A stretch of 64,000 nt of DNA from IMG/VR virus record IMGVR_UViG_3300022589_000001; one strand, 5' to 3'. The notes under the pieces were generated by a model. It was not told where the DNA came from. It worked only from the letters and a program-made list of their open reading frames with translations, and ran no database searches. Positions 44,401 to 48,903 of the stretch are shown piece after piece. The number at the start of each line of letters is the position of its first letter. Position 1 is the stretch's first letter. A program made the position numbers and the translations under genes. This stretch comes from a virus.

Positions 44401-44527
44401 GACTCGTGAAGAAATTCGAGAATATCCAGAACGTATTCTTGGAACAGTTTCTGAAATTCCTGAATATGAAGTTTGGGGAAGCGGAAACGTTAAAGTTAAT
44501 GGAAGAATTTGGATTAAAGTAAAATAA
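38456..44527 (+). CDS. Giant tail fibre/receptor-binding protein of 2023 aa. It has a three-fold repeat of about 380 aa, (G)HLTGSLTGNVTGN collagen-like and LPLAGGTMTGDITF fibre motifs, and a C-terminal ...VWNDYAE... domain resembling the Peptidase_G2 / intramolecular-chaperone autoproteolytic domain of phage appendage proteins.
   Basis: The RBS taaaggaggtttaaaaattttATG lies upstream. Repeats match (IIEKAYQDESGNNIKATYAA vs IIGKAYMDESGNNIKASYLA, period about 1157 nt). The GGTMTG motif is common in phage fibre proteins. The C-terminal domain assignment is from memory of the ADYAEY motif. Confidence 0.8.
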   Translation: MATNVKFSTGLEEDLLKLNSDKTYVNKIDNGHIYFTTRTNDEGEVIGSIFYDVDDKRVSMGGGIAEQAKADDMKQNIADTYVTRISSEGTKYASTDGVTITTYNGRNVALDTIMLPVASANRAGTVIAGAQTFAGNKTFNNNILFPNVSTGISSGIRWTVGDSDGARIITGATASDAGYLEIAVKSDGNEPIYVRQYSGDFATLVRTLTLLDASGNTIIPGSLLPTAKDTKDLGSETYRWNNAYIKNVQADTLSGHLTGSLTGNVTGNVTGHASLDLPLAGGTMTGDITFKAIASWPAASGETYPIKSKGLKWSGSSDTAAIYYQVDGADSGHLYISMGDDDAASVKFAKSGIAHTIFDSAGKLYPVTNDTGYIGTSSNKFKAIYATNFYGIIEKAYQDESGNNIKATYAATLKNHAHDGNGWSFRLLNKNGAALADALTIPGATAEKAGLITTGAQTFAGKKTFNGQVVIANTTDAAKATANSGALIVGNPSGEHLAIDGNEIMAKASGTTVRALLFQLDGGETKFGGSVLPYTTDTHSLGTEALAWKEAHIGEIYGHLTGSLTGNVTGNATSASKLLTARKIILGNDLQGSVSFDGTKDVTISAASYSASIGGGNKANYPWHRIATTGANAVTSIYNDKDIVIVIRHSYNNGGYGIAKVSMRTNNASGGATANCTITWLVRYNIAEDALQAGFRNTAADSYADLFYKCNTYPRATVYQLQGNRAWTLISSTEASDTTTTDKKTSSEAYATIAAAATELGRTYTHTIVAEDGGIIGKAYMDESGNNIKASYLASIQQVTSDKDTFTFRGYNKNNAAMNNLIIIPAATASGTDQTKWKAGLVTSQAQTWAGDKTFTGNIIIAHTASTDMTASSTNPKITFSEGGTHQPVHLIYTDYDGYRSPAGLKVIGGTSATPAWFEVEGALFVGGASTLNGNVSIKGNIMPQVDNTYVIGDLNAKWKDIYSTTAHVYNTLYVNTSTTGTVGGIALHGTVDPTAYGIAMRSNLGAHGYATDTWNTYFMMSNGATRGWVFRNGTTNVASINGQGYISANKLNLNRTGGIANGRISWYSTTYKTWHDYMSNVVAGGCPSGGTPSILGAVKTWALRSYIENASGHGWLWESAAESNTGTPTPRMALSSNTGKLYLSNDLNIITGDTDKFVHYLYDGTEANTIGASWRAGVKQSTTDNEYVIESGSAATTATAWLNGLKITQATLNATFGTSALGGLGIANTSATTGHGISLYSGGMSGKPTYGLMFAGTATFKTHGYVTGDWATYFTMNGTANRGWIFLKDANPVASISNDGKANFGETYIRGPLKIGDNANGDTNYIAFYGTTGDNPGSFNHAYIGENLWGTNERSELLIFKGNDIGTTATGPDRIRHVAAAHLFQVYTTALSGTWTTICDSTVPVSVFEINQSGIVVTGATTISGNATVGGTLDVTGNTSLGAELSVTSYAKFKQGSAATGLNTGAVQVTGGISVSAASYIGGALTVNSTINATGNVTAPRFIGLADRATLIDATLSGTSSATHLTAHPATAGRVAFYYNVNPCTGLFTTDNNANFLITLNKHSGNYDSQLGFSSDGNIYYRSFNGSALDTTTGWQMLLTTANVTGELDGRYVNVTGDTMSGALKVPNITISSTSSIAHIQFSCTTSYNYLHVPSTEGKIAFCAADSLSLKGSALVVTNTGIVPGNNNTFTLGSSSAYWSRAHLGALTMYGNITYANGSYTDYEMIKFVTGTGDGCGIVIGGGGLAVFGSGESASNFVSAAGLAGNTETTYITSDNGIYFVTNCQTIADRNESIFVSGGQISRPGTSTSWYLGRSNALLKITSYLGYNAIYSMKTTNGDWSCGVYSSNTLYWSYVTDTNFNAGTNETTAQMRLTADGYLYATRVYNAVWNDYAECRSADTEEPGRVVIEGKFGIMTKSTKRLQAGGSIISDTYGTSMGETDNCKTPVAVAGRVLAYPYEDRYSYPLGAAVCTGPNGTVSLMTREEIREYPERILGTVSEIPEYEVWGSGNVKVNGRIWIKVK
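38711..41040 (+). repeat. Roughly three intragenic repeats of about 1.1 kb in the 2023-aa fibre gene. They are protein-level paralogous modules and diverged at DNA level.
   Basis: Motifs recur at about aa 86, 425 and 770 (...TFAG.KTF..N) and at about aa 225 and 540 (GHLTGSLTGNVTGN). Confidence 0.6.
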
Positions 44528-44530
44528 GTT

Positions 44531-44550
44531 AGAGAGCTTTCGGGCTCTCT
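44531..44550 (+). other. 8-bp stem with a UUCG tetraloop right after the fibre gene stop. No adjacent U-tract, so it is probably an mRNA 3'-end stability or processing hairpin.
   Basis: Sequence is agagagcu-uucg-ggcucucu. The nearest T-run is 16 nt downstream, inside the promoter spacer. Confidence 0.5.
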
Positions 44551-44553
44551 AAT

Positions 44554-44582
44554 TTGACAATCCAATTTTTTTATGATATAAT
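44554..44582 (+). promoter_or_regulatory. Perfect consensus sigma-70/sigma-A promoter: TTGACA, 17 nt, TGaTATAAT (extended -10).
   Basis: ttgaca is at 44554..44559 and tataat at 44577..44582, with TG at -15/-14. AGGAGG at 44594..44599 and ATG at 44608 follow. Confidence 0.8.
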
Positions 44583-44607
44583 ATAATTAAAATAGGAGGG
44601 TTATAAT

Positions 44608-44952
44608 ATGGTAAAATACTATTTAGTAATCAATGACAATGCTGAAAAATCTTATCTTATTGGTCGTTTCAATGAAATGATTTTACCAGATATGAAGCGT
44701 CAGTTATCTGTCACACTTTATCATGAAGACTCTTTAAATGGAGATTCTATTTTAGTTGATTTAGCTGTTTACCAAGCTGAAAACAGTCTTACTAAAATTG
44801 CTATTAAAGATGCAAACGATAAGACGATTTATGAATCAACTAATTACTCAAGATTAAATTCTTGCACTGCAAGCTTGCATAATATTACTGACCCAGAAGA
44901 TGATTTTACTGGTATGGAGTATACAATCGGCGCAGAGGCAAGTATTGATTAA
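44608..44952 (+). CDS. Hypothetical protein of 114 aa, first gene behind the consensus promoter.
   Basis: The ORF has strong RBS spacing. No recognisable motifs. Confidence 0.7.
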   Translation: MVKYYLVINDNAEKSYLIGRFNEMILPDMKRQLSVTLYHEDSLNGDSILVDLAVYQAENSLTKIAIKDANDKTIYESTNYSRLNSCTASLHNITDPEDDFTGMEYTIGAEASID

Positions 44953-44964
44953 GGAGGATAAATC

Positions 44965-45369
44965 ATGGATTGGTTAGCATTATTATCTGATATTTTTGAA
45001 GTTTGTGTGCTTCCTCTTCTTGGCGTTTTAACAATGTATATTGTTAAGTTTATCCAGGTTAAGAGCGCAGAAATCACTGGTAAGGTTGATAATGACCTCG
45101 CAGATAAGTACATCAATATGCTTGCTGTCACCATTGAAAACTGTGTAATTGCTACAAACCAAACCTATGTTGAAGCACTTAAGCAGGCTGGCAAATTTGA
45201 TGCTGAAGCTCAGAAGACCGCATTTAATATGACAAAGAATGCCGTTATGGCAATTCTTAGCGACGAAGCTAAGAAATATCTTGAGAATGCGGTTGGCGAC
45301 TTAAATGAATATATTACTCAACAGATTGAAGCTGCTGTTAATATTAACAAGCCTGCAAAAGCTCAATAA
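44965..45369 (+). CDS. Holin-like small membrane protein of 134 aa. It has one N-terminal TM segment and a charged C-terminal tail.
   Basis: The N-terminus reads MDWLALLSDIFEVCVLPLLGVLTMYIVKFI, followed by a highly charged amphipathic tail. The RBS ttaaggaggataaatcATG lies upstream. It is the last plus-strand gene before the convergent terminator. Holin family assignment is tentative. Confidence 0.5.
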   Translation: MDWLALLSDIFEVCVLPLLGVLTMYIVKFIQVKSAEITGKVDNDLADKYINMLAVTIENCVIATNQTYVEALKQAGKFDAEAQKTAFNMTKNAVMAILSDEAKKYLENAVGDLNEYITQQIEAAVNINKPAKAQ

Positions 45370-45431
45370 AAACAAAAAAGGGGAGACCTTAGTAATTTCT
45401 TACTAAGGTCTCCCCTATTTTTTTTATTTTT
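45368..45431. terminator. Bidirectional intrinsic terminator. A 16-bp perfect stem (ggggagaccttagtaa/ttactaaggtctcccc) with loop tttc is flanked by an A-tract (5') and a T-tract (3').
   Basis: Read directly. It sits between the convergent plus-strand (holin-like) and minus-strand (168-aa) genes. Confidence 0.9.
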
Positions 45432-45930
45432 CTGGTGCATGGTCAACAACATCAAGTTCAATTACTTTTTCGTAATATTCTTGTGCTTGACCATTGCCAC
45501 CTAAGCCATGATATAATTTATACATTTCTGTAATTTGCTCAAAATCGGAGGTAGTAATCCAGCCATCACGAAGATGTGTTTTACAAAGTTGGATAAGTCT
45601 AAATTTATAAGAATTGATAATCAATTCCAAATTCTTATCATTCTTTTGCGTAACTTTTTCCAAATCTTTATACATTTCTGCGTGGGTCTTATCTGCTTCT
45701 CTTTGAGCATTATGTAAGCCTTTTTCTAAGTCATCTTTCACAACTTTTAATTCTTTGATGATTGGCTCAATTTCATCTAAAATCATTTGTCTGTGAAGAC
45801 GTGTCAAATCTTCCTGTTTACGTTTCTCTAATTCTTTCTTTTGTGACCAAAGGGATTTGCAGAATGCAAGTAGGCCCGCAGAAACTAAACCGAAGAAGAT
45901 TTCAAGACCATATTCGGTTAAAATCTCCAT
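45424..45930 (-). CDS. Membrane-anchored coiled-coil protein of 168 aa. It has an N-terminal TM helix, a K/E-rich helical region and a C-terminal globular part. Function unknown.
   Basis: The N-terminus reads ILTEYGLEIFFGLVSAGLLAFCKSLW. The RBS GGAGG is embedded in the hairpin at 45940..45988. Confidence 0.65.
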   Translation of the reverse strand: MEILTEYGLEIFFGLVSAGLLAFCKSLWSQKKELEKRKQEDLTRLHRQMILDEIEPIIKELKVVKDDLEKGLHNAQREADKTHAEMYKDLEKVTQKNDKNLELIINSYKFRLIQLCKTHLRDGWITTSDFEQITEMYKLYHGLGGNGQAQEYYEKVIELDVVDHAPEK

Positions 45931-45939
45931 AATAAAAAA

Positions 45940-45988
45940 CCTCCATTCAAATTCCTAACCTCTATAGAGATTTAAAAGTTGAATGGAG
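45940..45988 (-). promoter_or_regulatory. Stem-loop on the minus-strand transcript. It has a 10-bp stem and 28-nt loop followed by U6. The 3' arm contains the SD (GGAGG) of the 168-aa gene, so it may act as terminator/attenuator and RBS-sequestering element.
   Basis: Minus strand reads ctccattcaa...(28 nt)...ttgaatggaGG ttttttat ATG. Read directly. Confidence 0.55.
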
Positions 45989-45997
45989 ATTATTTGC

Positions 45998-46507
45998 TTA
46001 ATCCGCCCAATCAAATCCATCACTCACAGTTGTTCCAACTCCTGGTCGTTTCAAACAATGAGTTCCAATGCAAATTGCATCGCAGACGTCTTGAATGGCC
46101 TTTACATTATATGTTTTCAATACATATTCTTGTGCATTTTTCTTTTGTTCAGGTCTGGTGCGGCCTTTAATACCAAGAGTAGATTTCCAAGTACCAGCCA
46201 TCACAATTGTATATTTCATCTTTTTCTCTTGGAGTGTTTCAGCGATTACACCAAAAACTTCGGACAGGACTTTAAAGGTTTGAACATTATTTGCGACATT
46301 TCCTTGCATCTGAATATCTTCAAATGCAACTTCATCAATATCGTACTCTTGGATAAGTTCAATTACCTTTGCGCGGATTTTAACAAGGCGCTCCGCGATT
46401 ACATCATCATTGAAAGTGAACTTACCATAATTGACAAGCTCACCATCTTTAAAGACCGCATAACCTGAAGTTACGCTCGCTTGGTCAATTGCTAATAGAT
46501 TGGACAT
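45998..46507 (-). CDS. ruvC: RuvC-family Holliday-junction resolvase (phage type) of 169 aa.
   Basis: The N-terminal motif is LAIDQASVTSGYAV with the catalytic Asp. The acidic EDIQ motif and the C-terminal DAICIGTH motif match the RuvC fold. Confidence 0.8.
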   Translation of the reverse strand: MSNLLAIDQASVTSGYAVFKDGELVNYGKFTFNDDVIAERLVKIRAKVIELIQEYDIDEVAFEDIQMQGNVANNVQTFKVLSEVFGVIAETLQEKKMKYTIVMAGTWKSTLGIKGRTRPEQKKNAQEYVLKTYNVKAIQDVCDAICIGTHCLKRPGVGTTVSDGFDWAD

Positions 46508-47082
46508 TACGTCGCTGGAGCCATAGCGGATTCATCAGAATGACCCATAGTGGTGGAGCCAAATCCGCCTGTGCGAAACCCTTCTGCATTATCGTCTTCA
46601 GTTTTGAAGTAGTTCTTAATAATTCCCTGTCCAATGGCCTCGCCCTTTTGAATTTTGATAGGAAAAGGACTCATATTATATAACTGGAAGAAAATTTCAC
46701 CCTCATTGTCAGGATTATCATAGTAGTCAGCATCAATAATACCAACACTATTAGCCATCATAACCCAATATTTTAAAGGAGAAGAGCTACGAACACTCAA
46801 TTCCAAATACTGGTTAGGAGCAAGTTTACATTTCATACCAGTAGAAACAAGAGTTGGTTTTGTGCCTAACTTCTTAGTTAAAGCAGCCATCTCATCAATA
46901 GTTCTTACTTCATTATCCATAGGAGAAGTTTCTCCTAACATAGTTGAAAATAATACATCATATGGAGGAATAATAATGTCCTCTGCGGCAACCATGTCAT
47001 AACCTGCGGCATGTGCAGTCTTTCTGACCGGCATAGCGATGTCCGCATCTGCAAATCTGCTAACTTTCTCAAATTTTGCCAT
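46507..47082 (-). CDS. dut: dUTP pyrophosphatase (trimeric dUTPase) of 191 aa.
   Basis: Motifs AGYDM, GIIDADYY and the C-terminal RTGGFGSTTMG (motif V) are present. Confidence 0.85.
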   Translation of the reverse strand: MAKFEKVSRFADADIAMPVRKTAHAAGYDMVAAEDIIIPPYDVLFSTMLGETSPMDNEVRTIDEMAALTKKLGTKPTLVSTGMKCKLAPNQYLELSVRSSSPLKYWVMMANSVGIIDADYYDNPDNEGEIFFQLYNMSPFPIKIQKGEAIGQGIIKNYFKTEDDNAEGFRTGGFGSTTMGHSDESAMAPAT

Positions 47083-47083
47083 A

Positions 47084-47326
47084 TTAGTTTACCTCGTACC
47101 CAATATCAACAACTGTGCAAGGGTCTTTCTCTTCATTGAAAACTTTCTTAATAGAAACCTGATACCACTCGTCAATAATTTCACCCTTCTGCTTTGTACA
47201 CTTGTACTTATAGCTAAAAGATGCTAACTCATAACGACCGTCAGTTTTTACTTCCTCTTGGAGGGCTTCAACCTCCTCGATGCTTCCTACTCTAAATACT
47301 TCTGTTGTGTTTACTAAATATTTCAT
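47084..47326 (-). CDS. Hypothetical protein of 80 aa.
   Basis: The ORF is tightly packed in the operon (2-nt gap) and has two Cys. Confidence 0.55.
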   Translation of the reverse strand: MKYLVNTTEVFRVGSIEEVEALQEEVKTDGRYELASFSYKYKCTKQKGEIIDEWYQVSIKKVFNEEKDPCTVVDIGYEVN

Positions 47327-47589
47327 TACTCAATTACCTCGACTTCAATAGTATTATTTTTATACATAAACGCATTACATACTCTTACATCATCTGCAAT
47401 ACTTTCAGCATAAGATGCATTTCCTGCAATCTTCACAGAGAAGACTTGATTATCGTTACAAAGAGTTGCGATTGTATGACCGAGTTCACTCATCTCAACG
47501 CTCGCAAGTTCAGAGGAAGCAACATCATCGACCAACTGGATAGTCTGCTTTGCATCGAATAGGTTTAATCTACAATAAATTACTGGCAT
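47326..47589 (-). CDS. Hypothetical protein of 87 aa.
   Basis: The ORF overlaps its neighbours by 1 and 10 nt, which suggests translational coupling. Confidence 0.55.
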   Translation of the reverse strand: MPVIYCRLNLFDAKQTIQLVDDVASSELASVEMSELGHTIATLCNDNQVFSVKIAGNASYAESIADDVRVCNAFMYKNNTIEVEVIE

Positions 47590-48089
47590 AAAACAACGCC
47601 CCTTCCATAATCGAAGAAATACATTACATATGCTTCGCCTTCAGATACAATCCAAATTTCAATAGCCTGACCATCCTCAGACTCTTCAACAGATTTAATT
47701 TCACCGACATAAGACAAGCAATCCATAATTGCATCTACGATATTTTCTTCATACTTTTGGTCTCGCGCAAACATTGTGAAATATCTTAAATCATAACACA
47801 ATAGCATATAGTAATCATCACTATGGTCAAGACCATTTACATAGTGAGATAAAGTCAATCTCGCTTCTTCCAAATCTGTGCCACTTAGTGTAGGCAGTTG
47901 CGCAATTACTTGCTTGTTTACCTCATAAAGTGAGAGGCCGACACCAGTGGTCTTTGGGTCGAGAACAACCCATTGACCATCGTGCCATACACGATACTCC
48001 TTGATATCTTCAATCCAGGCGATTTCGTTTTCCTCGTGATTTTGGAGAGCGTACAATGAATTCATATTAGGTATTCTAATTAAGTTCAT
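47580..48089 (-). CDS. Hypothetical protein of 169 aa.
   Basis: The RBS gaaaaaggagaataATG is on the minus strand. Confidence 0.65.
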   Translation of the reverse strand: MNLIRIPNMNSLYALQNHEENEIAWIEDIKEYRVWHDGQWVVLDPKTTGVGLSLYEVNKQVIAQLPTLSGTDLEEARLTLSHYVNGLDHSDDYYMLLCYDLRYFTMFARDQKYEENIVDAIMDCLSYVGEIKSVEESEDGQAIEIWIVSEGEAYVMYFFDYGRGVVLCQ

Positions 48090-48116
48090 TATTATTCTCC
48101 TTTTTCACTTCATTAC

Positions 48117-48614
48117 TTACATTATATCATTTTTTCTCATTTTTGTCAAATCAATAATGCGTTGATTTGAGCTTCCCCTCATTTCAAGAGTAATATTTCT
48201 ACACTCTTCCATGTAGGGCCCATCAATCAATACATCAGCTACTTTAAGTAGCATCATTGTATGTTTGTTATTTTGTGCGACAAGGTCTTCATATGTATAA
48301 CCGGTCCACACATAGATTTTTGCTTCTGGGACTTTTTCCTTTACAGTAGAGACGATGAGATATGAGAGGAAGATATTTTCGGGACACAGTGGTTCTCCGC
48401 CCATAAGGCAGAAATTTCGCTGAATTCCTTGAGCAGTCAGACCTTCAACAATCTTGTCAAGAATGTCTGGTGTAAACTCTTTTCCTCCTTGGAAATCCCA
48501 GGTCTCTGGGTTGTGGCAACCCTTACATCTGTGCGGGCAGCCTTGAGAGAAAAATGTTACACTAACTCCCGGAGCAGCCGCCATGTCATTATATAATATT
48601 CCACTATATTGCAT
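48117..48614 (-). CDS. nrdG: Anaerobic ribonucleotide reductase activating protein (radical SAM) of 165 aa.
   Basis: The CPHRCKGC (CxxxCxxC) cluster is near the N-terminus. Size and position next to nrdD fit. Confidence 0.85.
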   Translation of the reverse strand: MQYSGILYNDMAAAPGVSVTFFSQGCPHRCKGCHNPETWDFQGGKEFTPDILDKIVEGLTAQGIQRNFCLMGGEPLCPENIFLSYLIVSTVKEKVPEAKIYVWTGYTYEDLVAQNNKHTMMLLKVADVLIDGPYMEECRNITLEMRGSSNQRIIDLTKMRKNDIM

Positions 48615-48648
48615 TTCGTAAACTCCTTTGTAATTTTCTGGTGCTGTA

Positions 48649-48676
48649 TTGCTCTGTAGTAAACACTACAGAGCAA
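48649..48676. other. 12-bp perfect hairpin (ttgctctgtagt/actacagagcaa, loop aaac) in the nrdD-ZnR / nrdG intergenic region. It is U-rich on the plus side only.
   Basis: Read directly. On the coding (minus) transcript it lacks a following U-tract, so it is probably a stability or processing element. On the plus strand it would terminate antisense read-through. Confidence 0.5.
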
Positions 48677-48684
48677 ATTTTTAA

Positions 48685-48903
48685 TCAGCTGAGGGTATTT
48701 TCACCGTCGACTAAATAAACGAGGTAATTTTTCTTGCGGCATTCTGGGCAAGTAATATATTCCATTTCTACAGAATGTAACTCACCAAAAACGTCATCAA
48801 GACGAGATTCCTTTTTTATATCAGCCTTAGTATATCCCAGGATTGCGCGACAACGGTCGCATCCTCGTTCTACATATGTTTCTCCATGTCGAATTACAAT
48901 CAT
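48685..48903 (-). CDS. Small Zn-ribbon protein of 72 aa with CxxC...CxxC, between nrdD and nrdG.
   Basis: It contains GCDRCRA...CPECRKK. Its start overlaps the nrdD stop by 4 nt. Confidence 0.6.
   Translation of the reverse strand: MIVIRHGETYVERGCDRCRAILGYTKADIKKESRLDDVFGELHSVEMEYITCPECRKKNYLVYLVDGENTLS

Noticed and set aside
38456-44527. Diversity-generating retroelement targeting the fibre C-terminus
   Set aside because: No reverse transcriptase ORF and no template/variable DNA repeat pair with adenine-specific differences are present in the window. The repeats found are diverged protein-level module duplications.
45979-47227. Plus-strand ORFs overlapping ruvC and dut (45983..46468, 46095..46283, 46489..46683, 47039..47227)
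   Set aside because: They lie opposite well-supported minus-strand genes. Their composition is poor and they lack SD sites.
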